Shown here piece by piece: positions 45,839-56,883 of a stretch of 64,000 bases of DNA. The position numbers and the translations under genes are program-made. How positions within the stretch are numbered: position 1 is the stretch's first letter; each line of letters begins with the position of its first letter. The notes under the pieces were generated by a model. It was not told the DNA's origin and searched no databases. It saw only the letters and a program-made list of their open reading frames with translations. The DNA lies in the IMG/VR virus record IMGVR_UViG_3300047548_001271, positions 1 to 64,000 of that record; one strand, given 5' to 3'. Source of the stretch: a virus.

Positions 45839-47350
45839 ATGCCAGTTAAAATTAATGATGTTCAGATAGCACCCGCACCAATAGTTACATTTTCTAAGAC
45901 CTATGTAAATAACTTAGGAAGCGGTGTTATTGGTGCAGAGTACACAATTAATCTCGCGGGAACATTAATTGCTTACAAAGGAAATCCAGAAGCCACCGGT
46001 GTTGATCCAACAGTTATTTTGTCTAGTGGATCACAATACGGAGATTTTAATCCGGACAACGATCAGATTAATTCATTATTACCTCCGTCGGCTTATGCCA
46101 CGTCGATAATGAAAAAACAAGAACAGCTTCGCTCTTTAGTTGCCTCTGGTTTGTCCTCAAACTCAGGTGTTAAGCTTGAAATTATCGGATTCAACGAAAG
46201 CAAGGGAATAAAGGCGCATTGTGATGTAGAAAGCATAGAATTTGATGATCAGACAAGATGGACAAATATATGTGGTTATACGATCAATTTAAAAACAAAC
46301 AAGTTTACAGAATCATCTAATGGGATTTTTTCCGCTAATGCAACTGAAGACGCCTTTTCGTATTATATATCAGACGCACAAGAATCATGGAGTATTTCTG
46401 AAGCCGATTCATTAACAGCTAGCAGTGGAAATGCTTTAGATGAAAAAAAGACTTACTCAATTAGCCACACAGTATCTGCTGTTGGACAGAGAACATATAA
46501 TAGTGGAGTTTTAGTAAGCCCTGTCTCACAAGCGAGTGGGTATGTACATAATGTATTAGGAATTGGAAGTGGTAATATACCATCTAGCTTTTTCAATTTA
46601 CCTTCTGGTTTAGTTGCTTGCAATAGAAAAGTTTCAGAAGAAATAGACAGACTTGCTGGTTCTTACCAAATTCAAGAAGAATTTACATTTTTACCGAGTG
46701 GACAACTAGCGACAGAATCTGTTCAGTTTAGCATAGAAAATGACACAAGCTCTTTAAAAAGAATTTCAGTAAATGGTACAATAACTGGAATGAATTCTCT
46801 TGGTGCCACAGATAGATCAACAAATAGATATATAAATGCTTCTTCTTATTGGGCGTCTGTTTCTGGTCAGATATATAATAGAGCATCTGGAAATTACGAC
46901 GACATTTACTTAAATCCAATTCCATTATCAAAGAGTATTGGTAAAAATCCGCAAGAAGGCACGATTACTTATAATTATTCATTTGATAATAGACCAGCCA
47001 ATTTTATAGCAAACGCTTTAACAGAAGATATTCAAGTCACAGATACTTATCCAGGACAAAATATTAATGTTGTACCAGTTATTGGTAGAAGTCAACCTAT
47101 AATACAATATGTAAATTCTCGTAGTGAATATAGACGGTCACTATCTATTACCGCTAACTTACCAGCTAGCGGGGGGTTGGTTGCGAAACCCTCAATATCT
47201 GAATTAACAGCTATATTTGATTTTTACAAACCAATTGGAAACAAAGTTTATTATGAAGCTCCAACTGAAAACTGGAATCCAAGGACTGGACAATATTCAT
47301 ATAGCATTAATTGGGTTTTTGAAGGTCCAAGTTTAGTAAATAATTATTAG
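45839..47350 (+). CDS. Distal tail-like protein
   Basis: 503 aa beta-rich protein directly after the TMP. Confidence 0.6.
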   Translation: MPVKINDVQIAPAPIVTFSKTYVNNLGSGVIGAEYTINLAGTLIAYKGNPEATGVDPTVILSSGSQYGDFNPDNDQINSLLPPSAYATSIMKKQEQLRSLVASGLSSNSGVKLEIIGFNESKGIKAHCDVESIEFDDQTRWTNICGYTINLKTNKFTESSNGIFSANATEDAFSYYISDAQESWSISEADSLTASSGNALDEKKTYSISHTVSAVGQRTYNSGVLVSPVSQASGYVHNVLGIGSGNIPSSFFNLPSGLVACNRKVSEEIDRLAGSYQIQEEFTFLPSGQLATESVQFSIENDTSSLKRISVNGTITGMNSLGATDRSTNRYINASSYWASVSGQIYNRASGNYDDIYLNPIPLSKSIGKNPQEGTITYNYSFDNRPANFIANALTEDIQVTDTYPGQNINVVPVIGRSQPIIQYVNSRSEYRRSLSITANLPASGGLVAKPSISELTAIFDFYKPIGNKVYYEAPTENWNPRTGQYSYSINWVFEGPSLVNNY

Positions 47351-47359
47351 GAGACAGGA

Positions 47360-50300
47360 ATGATAGAGCCATTTGGCGACAACAACGGAATAGCATCTCC
47401 ATTAGATTTAGGCGTTCAGACCTTTCTAGGTCTAACAGTTGTTGACTTTGCTATAAATTCATCTTGGACTCCAGAAGGCGGACAATGTAATATTACACTG
47501 ATTCAAGATGATGGACAGTATTTATCTCCATTAGCTGTAGCTGGTAGTCCACAATATTTTGAAATTGTATCAAATGCTGGAGAGCCAATATTTAGATTCT
47601 ACGGTATTTTAAGTAAAATTTCAAGGGATGTAAATCAAAATTCTAAAACATATACTGCAACACTTCAATCCCCAACGATTCTTTTAGATGCTTGTGCATT
47701 AATTCTCGATTCTTATGCTGGAAAAGGATCTGAGTTAGAGGCATATGGACCAAACGTTCCAACTTGCATTCCATATGGAAGTAAAAATTCTTCATTAAAT
47801 ACATCTAGCATCTTTAACATACAGAACTTATTTGGTGTTTTTGAAAACTCCGCATATGGTGCCACTGGAGCAGGTTTTGGTAGAAGCGTTATAAACAAAG
47901 ACGGAATGCGTATTGACTTCTTTTCATACGCTCTTGATTTGCTACTAAATGGGACGGCATTAACTCCTGATTTAGGAAGTAATATTATTTATGGTTGTGA
48001 CACATATGATTTGACTTCATCAAAAGCGTTTGCTTATAATTTTGATGTTGTTGGTTTTCTTTCCAGCATAGCTTCATTCATCCCTAATGATTATCGTGTA
48101 ACAGCAACAACCATTATGGATTTTGTTGATAAACTATGTGCAGATATAAACCACGTCTATTATATCGACTTGCTAAAACCTCCTGGCTCTGGCAATCCAG
48201 CTTTTGGATCTTCGCATGAGTCTAGCAATGTTCCAAACCTAACACACGCAAACACAATATATGGCGGACAAATAATAGTAAAGGTGCAAAATAGAAATAC
48301 ATCACTTGGTGTTAAATTTCCGCTTTCTCAGAATATTATAAAAAATGAAGGCTCTGATAAACTTGGAGGAGTCGGTCAAACTCAAAATTTACCGCTTGAT
48401 ATTGGTGTCGAAGGATCTTTTCATCCAGATGGACCACCAGTGGCTTCTCCTCCATATGGAGAATTTCCAGTAGAAGAAATTACCTCTGATAACACTGAAA
48501 GATACTCAAGCACAAATTTGAGTGTCAATTTGACGCAGGGGGCTGTTGCAGCAAAATATATTACTGGTGGTTTTCAATCAAGAATGAATTATGTTTCCAC
48601 TTATTTAGGAAACGATAAAAATCCAGAAATATATGATTCAAATTGTTCTCCACCACCAGATGTTGATAATTCACCAAATGTATATTGTTACTGGGGAGAA
48701 ATCAATCTAGCCGCAAGGTTAAATCTAGGCGAAGAAAGCACCATCAGAAATGTTCCGATAATAACGCCTTTCTTATTTGGTGATTATGAATTTCACGACT
48801 TTATTTTAATTGATATTTTTGACTTAGTTGGTAACACAACAATGGGTGCAACTGGAGCTAGTACAGGTGCAGTGTTTAATGGTATTTATCCTTGCAGCTT
48901 AAGAGAGCTAAGACATGCCATGACTAGTTATGAATCTTGGATTAGCTTCATGGAATATAATAAAGCCGGAAAATTATTTGCAATACAAGTTTATTTTGAA
49001 CAAGCGAACGCTTCATATATAGCGCCTTTATATAACGCAGATGGAACATTAACGTTTGAAGGATTTGCGGCAAAATTTGGCGGATTAAATTCTTTACATC
49101 AACATACAACAGCTACAAAACAAATATCAAGACCGGCGTGTTCTAATTTATTTGATATTGACACGTTCTTAAAATCATTACATGGGAAGATATCTTCTAT
49201 AGGTGATGAGCATTATGGGCAGAGTTTTGCCGTTAAAATGCCAGTGTACAGTATAAAATCTGATAATGAATATGAAGCACCTCTTAATTCTTTTATAAAG
49301 AGCTGGCAAATATCAGACTCTGCTTATATAGATCCACCAAATTATATTTATTATGAGGCTCCTAATGGAGTTTTTGTTAGAAATGGAAGAGTTGCCGCAT
49401 ACGCAAATTTCGAGGCAAACTTTAACTCATTAAAAATTCCATACGGACCATATTCTCAAGAATTAAACATACCACTTAAATTTGTTGGAAATTATGATTT
49501 TTCTGGATATCAATCCAACGAAGTTTTAACACAGATATATGGAGCAAATATTATTAATTCGGTTTTAACCCAAGTTAATCCGGAATATTTGCTTGTTCCG
49601 CCATCTTATTTCACTTCCTATTCTTTACTGTTGATGCCGCCACTATCATCTGAGGTCCAACGCTTAAATATTCTACCGCAAATGATAGGATGTATAGATT
49701 ATATAAAACAACTAAAGATAGATGAGAACGGAATTGGAATGACTCCTTTTGCACTCGCAAAAATAAAAAGAGTTTTGGTTCCTTCTTTATTGAATGGCCC
49801 AGACAATCCTTATAATTATATGTCCCAGTTTACTGGGGTCTGCCAAAATGGTAATCTAAATCAATCGCAAATTAACGATCAAGACACTCCATATCCAGTT
49901 CACGGGGTTCCAAAAAGTTTTGGTATTCCACAGCAATCTACTAGGTATGTATATGGCCCATGGGTTACAAACATTTCTCTGCCATATGGAGCAAAAATAG
50001 AATATGTAAAAGACGAATCTTTAGTTCCTGAAAATTATATTATACCGGGTACAATAACAATAAATGGAATTGATTATACAATTTTATCTGGTTATGAAGG
50101 AATGAATCAAATAGGACAATTAATGGCCGACAGTGTTGAAAATTTTGATTATTTATTTACTGAGGAAGCGACAATTGAGATTCCAGGTTATCCAAAAATC
50201 ACTCATATTGGACAAGCCTTGATAGATGGCGGCCCTTTAGTTTCTGATATAAGTATTAATATTAATGCTAATAGCGTTTCAACTAAATACGGGATGAAGA

Positions 50301-50398
50301 CATTTGCTCCAAAATTTGGTAGAGCAAATCAGTTTATTATAAGATCTTTGTCTAATCTAGCTAAACAAATTTCTGCTGTTCAAAAGGTTGGTGGCTAA
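47360..50398 (+). CDS. Tail tip/hub-like protein
   Basis: 1012 aa; synteny. Confidence 0.6.
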   Translation: MIEPFGDNNGIASPLDLGVQTFLGLTVVDFAINSSWTPEGGQCNITLIQDDGQYLSPLAVAGSPQYFEIVSNAGEPIFRFYGILSKISRDVNQNSKTYTATLQSPTILLDACALILDSYAGKGSELEAYGPNVPTCIPYGSKNSSLNTSSIFNIQNLFGVFENSAYGATGAGFGRSVINKDGMRIDFFSYALDLLLNGTALTPDLGSNIIYGCDTYDLTSSKAFAYNFDVVGFLSSIASFIPNDYRVTATTIMDFVDKLCADINHVYYIDLLKPPGSGNPAFGSSHESSNVPNLTHANTIYGGQIIVKVQNRNTSLGVKFPLSQNIIKNEGSDKLGGVGQTQNLPLDIGVEGSFHPDGPPVASPPYGEFPVEEITSDNTERYSSTNLSVNLTQGAVAAKYITGGFQSRMNYVSTYLGNDKNPEIYDSNCSPPPDVDNSPNVYCYWGEINLAARLNLGEESTIRNVPIITPFLFGDYEFHDFILIDIFDLVGNTTMGATGASTGAVFNGIYPCSLRELRHAMTSYESWISFMEYNKAGKLFAIQVYFEQANASYIAPLYNADGTLTFEGFAAKFGGLNSLHQHTTATKQISRPACSNLFDIDTFLKSLHGKISSIGDEHYGQSFAVKMPVYSIKSDNEYEAPLNSFIKSWQISDSAYIDPPNYIYYEAPNGVFVRNGRVAAYANFEANFNSLKIPYGPYSQELNIPLKFVGNYDFSGYQSNEVLTQIYGANIINSVLTQVNPEYLLVPPSYFTSYSLLLMPPLSSEVQRLNILPQMIGCIDYIKQLKIDENGIGMTPFALAKIKRVLVPSLLNGPDNPYNYMSQFTGVCQNGNLNQSQINDQDTPYPVHGVPKSFGIPQQSTRYVYGPWVTNISLPYGAKIEYVKDESLVPENYIIPGTITINGIDYTILSGYEGMNQIGQLMADSVENFDYLFTEEATIEIPGYPKITHIGQALIDGGPLVSDISININANSVSTKYGMKTFAPKFGRANQFIIRSLSNLAKQISAVQKVGG

Positions 50399-51441
50399 TG
50401 CATAGAGATTCATCAACTATTATAAGTAAAAATCACTTTGTTGCAATAGCAAAAGTTTCTCCTCAGACAATATTATTGAAGAATACAATTGGAGAATCAA
50501 TAGACCCAAACGATGTAACTAAATATCAAACAATTAATTCTATTGAGGTTGGTTTTTGTACAATTGAATCGGCAAATAACGCAGTAGCAAATGATTTTGA
50601 CAATATTGGCTTAATAAGTTTGGATGGAATATTTTGTCCTTATGTAATTAAACCTGGTGGTGGATCTCACGCAAACCTGCCTTATTGGGAATTACCAACT
50701 AGCAGCTCAGATATAAACTCTATAAATTTAAACCCATTCAATACTAATAATTTATTTTTTGAAAGTGGCGTTTTTAATGCTGATAGATTTTATGAAAGCG
50801 GACATAATATAAATTTAATTAATTCTACTAGTGGGGTTGGTAGAGATTCTAAGTCCAATTTATCAGTATATAAGGAATTAGCTTATAATAATAAAGTTTC
50901 TTATGAAAATGGGATTAGAGCTGTCGGATTAAGAGCCCCTCTCATATTAAGCGGACCAGGATATAAAACAAATGGAAAACCAATACCAGCAGACCCAAAT
51001 GATGAAAATAAATTCGCTAATGATGCATTTCGTAATCCATCAAAATGGCCTTCTGGTCCGGTTGATCTGAGATTTGATGACGAAAGAAAGGTTTGGACAG
51101 CTTCTGGTATTGGACGAGAAGGTGTTCGACATATAAAATTTACAATAGTTTCCGCCGTTGATGGCTCTTTGTCAGTTTTTGGATCATATGACGAATGGGA
51201 TGTTGGATATACAGAATCTGATGTTCCAGGAGACTTAAATACACTTGCTGGAATATCTCCACCGCTAGGTGTAGTAGAAATTTTTGATAGTAATGGGTGC
51301 TACTTTGATGAACCAGCAGACGAATTATTAGGAAGAAGTGGATATGCTCATTATTTATTACCACGAGGAAGCTATAGTGAGCCAAGATGGGTCGTTACAT
51401 CTTTATGTTGTAGAAAATTAACTTGCTCAGAAGGAAATTAA
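50398..51441 (+). CDS. Tail-associated protein
   Basis: 347 aa; GPVDLRFD...VW motif; CC near the C-terminus. Confidence 0.55.
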   Translation: MHRDSSTIISKNHFVAIAKVSPQTILLKNTIGESIDPNDVTKYQTINSIEVGFCTIESANNAVANDFDNIGLISLDGIFCPYVIKPGGGSHANLPYWELPTSSSDINSINLNPFNTNNLFFESGVFNADRFYESGHNINLINSTSGVGRDSKSNLSVYKELAYNNKVSYENGIRAVGLRAPLILSGPGYKTNGKPIPADPNDENKFANDAFRNPSKWPSGPVDLRFDDERKVWTASGIGREGVRHIKFTIVSAVDGSLSVFGSYDEWDVGYTESDVPGDLNTLAGISPPLGVVEIFDSNGCYFDEPADELLGRSGYAHYLLPRGSYSEPRWVVTSLCCRKLTCSEGN

Positions 51442-51442
51442 T

Positions 51443-53632
51443 GTGGATAAAGGACGAGATGAATTTTGTTGTTGCAACGGCTGTCAGTGTAAGCCAGAAC
51501 CCTCTTCATTGTCTGGAATAAATGGTTCTCCAGAGTATTTATCTAAACAAACTATATGGAGAAGGTTTTGTTGTTCATGCGTTCCAAAGCAAGCATGTGT
51601 AACAATAACTTATAAAGAAAATTCAAACACATATAACTATTTTTTATATTATCCACCATCTGCTCCTCCACAAGATTTAGATCAAGCGTTATATGTTCCA
51701 GAAAGTGGTCAATCTGTTTATATTGGTGATGGAGAAATAATAGATCTATCATTTCATTTTAAGATTAGAAATGGTTCTTGTTATTTTTCTTTAGCTAGTG
51801 AAAGTCTTGGAATAGATTTAGAAAATCAGTATTATGATAAAATAATAGACGCCGACACAAGAAAAGGGCCAGACTTTTTTTGTAAAACACTGTCTACTGA
51901 TGGTCTTGGATATACATTATTCCAGATTAATGATGATTTGCAAATAACAATCTCTGCAGCTAATCATGTTCCAATTCTAGGAAGAAAGAATTGTTATGAT
52001 CAATACGGAAACATTGTTTTTGATGAAAGTCCACTTCGCAATTTATGTTGCAATTGTTCTTGTATTTGTGAATGCATGTATCTTAACTACGGCGGAACGT
52101 TATTATTTATAGATGATAATAATGAAATAATTGACAATCAAGTAGCTATTCAATCAACCGCATGTTTAAATAATTATAATGATAATTGTTCAGTTAATTG
52201 GCTTTTTGATATGGGTGTAACATTAAGTATAAAAACAGATTATAATAAATGTCTGCTAGAGGATATGTTATCATGTTATAAGTTAGATGAGCAATATGGA
52301 GACAGAATTGATTCAATGGCTTCTTCTGGAGCATTAGCTAGTGGCGGTTTTAGTAGTAATGGAAGAACCCTATCTAGCATAAATAATGTTTCATATTCTT
52401 CTGGAAAAATTGGTAATTCGGCGTATTTTAATGGTAGTAACTATTTAATATGGCTAGATGAAGATCCAATAGATAGAATTAGATTAGAAGATTCTGACGG
52501 CGCAATATTATTATGGTGTAAACTAGATTCTATTAACAATGATATGTGCATACTATCTAAATATAGTGATCAAATTCAACTAAAGTTAGTAGATGATGTT
52601 TATACATATATTGATGTTGCTTCTTATGAAATTTCATTCGATGCTTCTGATAATAAGTTTATATTTAAAATATCTAATGGGTCTCAAGAATTTACAGTTT
52701 CATCAACATATAAAACTGGTATTGTCGCAAATACTTGGTATTCCATATATGCAGAAATAGATAATACAAATAAAAAAATAGCGATCAAAGTTGGTGATGA
52801 CCAATTTTATTCTTCATCTTTTAGTGGGTCTCTTCAAGATGTAAGACCCGCATTATATCTCGGTAGAAGTGGAAATTCAACAAATTATAATTATCTATCT
52901 GGCCAAATCGACCAAGTCTTAATATGGGCTAGAGTTTTAGGAAAATCAACAATCAAATGCTGTGATAATATAAGTGATTATAATTTAAGACTAAGCGAAG
53001 TTGATAAATTAATTAATAATAATTTTATTGCTGATACAAATGATATAATTACATGTAATTTTGATAAGAGGTGTTATGCCCATTTAGATGTTGGTGAGTT
53101 AGATATAACATCTACTCCACAACCAATACTTCTCGGTAGTGAGCTATTAAATACAAAATGTCCATCGCCAGAGCTAGTTTGGAATTTAACTCATGCGGCA
53201 GATGAGTTTATATCACAACCATATCCAGTTGTATTTACTTTTAGATGCAAAAACTGTGATAATATACCAACCGTCTATATTGATTCTTGTTGTTATACTG
53301 GAAGAACAAATTTTCCAACATCATTAAGAGCCGATATATCTACAGATTGCCCAGGTTGTCCATCAATAACAATAGGTTTGATATGGCAAGGATATAATTC
53401 TTATTATGAGGGTGTTGGATATTTATGTGGTCAGCAAATATTAGTTAGAGTCGCGTGCCCATTTAATGAAATATATATTAATTGGGGACTTTGTTTTGCT
53501 GGAAATATCAGTGCTGATTCATCTAATTGCGACCCCATTCTGATAACTGGTTCAGCACAATCTGCTGGATTAGGATGTTGTCCAAGCGACCCATTTTTAA
53601 ATCCTATATTAAGTATTACGATATATGAATAA
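51443..53632 (+). CDS. Cys-rich virion protein with a LamG/ConA-like lectin domain
   Basis: CCCNGCQC and CCNCSCICEC clusters; GKIGNSAYFNG...LSGQIDQVLIWARVL LamG signature. Confidence 0.7.
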   Translation: MDKGRDEFCCCNGCQCKPEPSSLSGINGSPEYLSKQTIWRRFCCSCVPKQACVTITYKENSNTYNYFLYYPPSAPPQDLDQALYVPESGQSVYIGDGEIIDLSFHFKIRNGSCYFSLASESLGIDLENQYYDKIIDADTRKGPDFFCKTLSTDGLGYTLFQINDDLQITISAANHVPILGRKNCYDQYGNIVFDESPLRNLCCNCSCICECMYLNYGGTLLFIDDNNEIIDNQVAIQSTACLNNYNDNCSVNWLFDMGVTLSIKTDYNKCLLEDMLSCYKLDEQYGDRIDSMASSGALASGGFSSNGRTLSSINNVSYSSGKIGNSAYFNGSNYLIWLDEDPIDRIRLEDSDGAILLWCKLDSINNDMCILSKYSDQIQLKLVDDVYTYIDVASYEISFDASDNKFIFKISNGSQEFTVSSTYKTGIVANTWYSIYAEIDNTNKKIAIKVGDDQFYSSSFSGSLQDVRPALYLGRSGNSTNYNYLSGQIDQVLIWARVLGKSTIKCCDNISDYNLRLSEVDKLINNNFIADTNDIITCNFDKRCYAHLDVGELDITSTPQPILLGSELLNTKCPSPELVWNLTHAADEFISQPYPVVFTFRCKNCDNIPTVYIDSCCYTGRTNFPTSLRADISTDCPGCPSITIGLIWQGYNSYYEGVGYLCGQQILVRVACPFNEIYINWGLCFAGNISADSSNCDPILITGSAQSAGLGCCPSDPFLNPILSITIYE

Positions 53633-54842
53633 ATACTGCGAATGTACAGAACCAGGATTTTGTAATAGACATTTAATACAAAAAAATAATGTTCTATTTT
53701 CCATGTGCAAGGGCGAAGGAAAATGCGATGATTGTGGATTAAAATACTGGAAAGCTTGGGAAAATGGTATGCTAGGCGCCACTCCACCAAAAAAACCAGT
53801 CTTAAAACCAGACGGTTTTTGCCAAGACAAAAACGAAGGAAAGGAGCTTCCATGTGGATCATGCTCTCAATCTAAAAAAGAATTTTATTCTAAATCAAGC
53901 ATGGCTTATATAAAAAATGACAGATCTCTCACAACAGCGTTCAATATAAATGATGAGTTTTATAATAAGAGATTAGAGATTTGTAATAAATGTCCATTAT
54001 TAATAAATAATAAATGCCATGTAAAGGATGTTGAATATAACAAATTTGCCTCAAGAAAATATGAATCATGCCCTCTTGGTAAATGGTATCCGCTTGCAAG
54101 ACAAATAAGAAAATTTAACGGACATATAAAACGAAATTTATTAATGCATATAATGCCAATAAAAACAAATAATAACTGGAAAATGAATTTGGACCAAGTA
54201 GTATCTAAAATTGAATTATTTAATAATAAAAAGTTTTTAGCAATATGTTATGAAGATAAAATTGGTAGAAACAAATATCATACATTAAAACCAGAAGATG
54301 TTATCGCATATTGCGATAGTATAGGATTATATTTTGATGATATAAAAGTGTTTCAAAATAATCCAAAAATAAGAGAAGGTGTGTCTTTTCCATGGTTATT
54401 AGAAAGTATTCAAAGTGTTGATCCTAATGAAATTACTTTTTACTGTCATGGTAAGGGATGCACTCATGATGAAAATTCGATTACTGTTAAATGGGCTAAA
54501 GCTCAATATGATATATGCTTGAACAAAATTAAAAATGTAGAATTAGCACTTGAGCAATTTTGTATGGCTGGTGCGTTCAGAAGATTTGGCCAATTCACTA
54601 CACCCGGAAATAATAGATGGCACTATTCTGGAACCTTTTACTGGTTTAGAAATGACGAAGTATTCAAACCCGGTAAAGACTGGAGAAAATTAGATGATTT
54701 GTTCTTCTGTGTTGAATCATGGCCTGGGAGAATGTTCCATGCACACGAAACAGTTTCTATCTTGGGTGATGATTATGGTGATTTATACTCACAAGAAGAA
54801 TGGTTAAAAATTAACGAATTATTAGAATATTATTATTTATAA
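53625..54842 (+). CDS. Cys-rich N-domain fused to a glycosyltransferase-like domain
   Basis: CEC...CNRH and CPLGKW; FYCHGKG and HYSGTFYW motifs. Confidence 0.55.
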   Translation: MNKYCECTEPGFCNRHLIQKNNVLFSMCKGEGKCDDCGLKYWKAWENGMLGATPPKKPVLKPDGFCQDKNEGKELPCGSCSQSKKEFYSKSSMAYIKNDRSLTTAFNINDEFYNKRLEICNKCPLLINNKCHVKDVEYNKFASRKYESCPLGKWYPLARQIRKFNGHIKRNLLMHIMPIKTNNNWKMNLDQVVSKIELFNNKKFLAICYEDKIGRNKYHTLKPEDVIAYCDSIGLYFDDIKVFQNNPKIREGVSFPWLLESIQSVDPNEITFYCHGKGCTHDENSITVKWAKAQYDICLNKIKNVELALEQFCMAGAFRRFGQFTTPGNNRWHYSGTFYWFRNDEVFKPGKDWRKLDDLFFCVESWPGRMFHAHETVSILGDDYGDLYSQEEWLKINELLEYYYL

Positions 54843-54851
54843 GGATTTAAA

Positions 54852-55409
54852 ATGATTATTAAAGAAAATTCAATCTCAGAGCATATTGCAATAGCGGCTT
54901 CAGTCGCAATTCCAAAAGAAGACTGGCAGTGGTGGCATAGATATGTCGGTAAAGATTCAGTAAAATATGGAAGTGTCGATCATTTAAGGTTCCCAAATGC
55001 GTGCAGAATAGCACTTGAAGAATTAGCTAGAACATTTGTTCCACCAAGCGGATGCTTTCCAGACATGGACTACCATGCTGGTGGTATGCATATGATACCA
55101 CCAGAAGGATGGCTTAGTGGTCATTATGATGCTGAATATCACCCATTATACAATTGGCAGCGAGTTGGATCATTAGTGTGGTTTGCCAACGAAAAGTGGG
55201 AAGATAATTGGGGTGGAAAGCTAGTGATAAAAGGTAAAGAGATCACACCAAAATTTAATACTTGTGTTTATTTTGACACAAAAGATTGTTGGCATGAAGT
55301 AACACGAATAACTGGTCCCGAATTCAGAAAAACGTTAGCAATATTCTATTGGAAAGTGGTTGACAGCGTAGACAAAAAGGCTAGTAGAAAAGCTAATTTT
55401 GAAAAATAA
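54852..55409 (+). CDS. 2OG-Fe(II) oxygenase (prolyl-hydroxylase-like)
   Basis: HYD...W...WGG.L...WH.V...R.TLAIFY. Confidence 0.85.
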   Translation: MIIKENSISEHIAIAASVAIPKEDWQWWHRYVGKDSVKYGSVDHLRFPNACRIALEELARTFVPPSGCFPDMDYHAGGMHMIPPEGWLSGHYDAEYHPLYNWQRVGSLVWFANEKWEDNWGGKLVIKGKEITPKFNTCVYFDTKDCWHEVTRITGPEFRKTLAIFYWKVVDSVDKKASRKANFEK

Positions 55410-55410
55410 T

Positions 55411-55761
55411 TTACCATTTGCCTAGTGGACACTGAGACGATTCCCATTTAACCTTTAAGTCTAGGAAGCACCCACACTCAAAACAAGTTCTATCAGACTT
55501 ATTGAATCTATCACATGTTTCACATAAAGAAATTCTGCGATTAGATTCTTCATCTGTGCAGTTTTTTGCTCCGTTATACACGTGTTTAACTACAGCTTTT
55601 GAAAAATTGATAGCTTTTTCTACTAAGCCTTTTCCAGACTTTGATTCCCACATGTTAAAATATTTAATATTTGTGGAGCAAAGTCTATGCTCGGTATCAT
55701 TTTTATTTATTTTATGTCTATTGCAGTACCCACTAAGAGGGCATTCACATGGTGTGTTCAT
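55411..55761 (-). CDS. Small Cys-rich protein, paralogue of the N-domain of 53625-54842
   Basis: CEC...CNRH; R...C..C...C.ECGC...CPLGKW. Confidence 0.75.
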   Translation of the reverse strand: MNTPCECPLSGYCNRHKINKNDTEHRLCSTNIKYFNMWESKSGKGLVEKAINFSKAVVKHVYNGAKNCTDEESNRRISLCETCDRFNKSDRTCFECGCFLDLKVKWESSQCPLGKW

Positions 55762-55762
55762 T

Positions 55763-56440
55763 TTATTCCTTAGAATATTTCTCTGCTGTTACACACATAC
55801 CACCCTCCCACATAAGAACATCTTTTATTATAAAATATTTAATAACTTGAGTAATAAGAGAATGCACGGAATATGTCCTTAAATGTGTTTTTTCTTTCCA
55901 GTTATCAACAATAAAACTATGTCTTGGTGTTTGTATATGTACAATACCATTTTCATTAAGATTTTTATAGCAAGAATAGACTAAGAGTTCTGGATATGGA
56001 ACATGTTCGATGACTTCTCTTACCGTAATAACATCAAATTTATTATTGAAATTAACAATATGCAATTCATTATCGATATAAATTTTGTCGCGGCTAACGC
56101 CATTTGAGACGGCTAACTCTTCCGATTCTTTAGAGATATCAAATCCATAAACATCAAACCCAGCATCTTCTAATGCTAGCATACTTACACCATCTCTAAA
56201 TCCAACTTCTAATAGTTTCCCATGAGACTTAAACTTTTTGATCAAAAATATGTTTGTGTCCCATTCCTTTTTTAGTTGATCTATTGAATGTCTTGATATT
56301 TCTAATGACTGATATTCCCCAGTATACAATTTTCTAATATCTTTTTTATTTTTGTCTGCTGTCCACAAATCACATTGTTCGCAAAAATAAAAATCGCTAT
56401 CATTTATTTCTAAAAATTTATCACATATTTCACAATGCAT
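55763..56440 (-). CDS. Class I SAM-dependent methyltransferase with N-terminal Zn ribbon
   Basis: LLEVGFRDG, GFDIS, FDVI...VIEHV. Confidence 0.85.
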   Translation of the reverse strand: MHCEICDKFLEINDSDFYFCEQCDLWTADKNKKDIRKLYTGEYQSLEISRHSIDQLKKEWDTNIFLIKKFKSHGKLLEVGFRDGVSMLALEDAGFDVYGFDISKESEELAVSNGVSRDKIYIDNELHIVNFNNKFDVITVREVIEHVPYPELLVYSCYKNLNENGIVHIQTPRHSFIVDNWKEKTHLRTYSVHSLITQVIKYFIIKDVLMWEGGMCVTAEKYSKE

Positions 56441-56453
56441 GTTTTTACCTTAT

Positions 56454-56482
56454 AAAAAAACCCGCTAGTTTTCTAGCGGGCT
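56454..56482 (-). terminator. Intrinsic terminator
   Basis: CCCGCTAG-AAAA-CTAGCGGG-TTTTTTT. Confidence 0.8.
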
Positions 56483-56502
56483 TACTCACTTTTTACGTAA
56501 TA

Positions 56503-56883
56503 CTACTTCTTAATATATTTATGCCAGCCGTTTTCACCTCGCTCAACGCTCGTATCGCCTTCGTCTGGTCTTTTGGGGAACAAGTTGTCTGTTCCATCAT
56601 CGAGCACTCCATAGCTCTTCTTATACCATTTGAGAGGTCCATTTGTTACAACCTTCTCAAAATATTCCGCTTCCTTTTCCTTTCCTTTTTCATCCGTATA
56701 TTTTGCTTTTCTAACACGATAAGAAACATCTCCTCCTGTAACAAGTTTCTTATCTACAGTTCCAGATGGAACATCTTCATAAATTTCTTGAAATCGAGCT
56801 AGCTTTCTAAACATTTCCTTGTCATTATTAGCTTCGAGTTCAACTGTCATTCTTCCATCACTAGTCGTATATGTCAACTTCAT
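56503..56883 (-). CDS. Hypothetical protein
   Basis: 126 aa, TAATG-coupled to the upstream gene. Confidence 0.65.
   Translation of the reverse strand: MKLTYTTSDGRMTVELEANNDKEMFRKLARFQEIYEDVPSGTVDKKLVTGGDVSYRVRKAKYTDEKGKEKEAEYFEKVVTNGPLKWYKKSYGVLDDGTDNLFPKRPDEGDTSVERGENGWHKYIKK

Noticed and set aside
9247-55409. Genome-wide TAG recoding
   Set aside because: Long genes are intact in the standard code, TAG stops at 30312, 35217, 36053 and 47350 abut the next gene, and no suppressor tRNA is seen
54852-55409. TET/JBP-type DNA base oxidase
   Set aside because: Motif layout fits P4H-like 2OG-Fe(II) oxygenases better; cannot be fully excluded without a profile search
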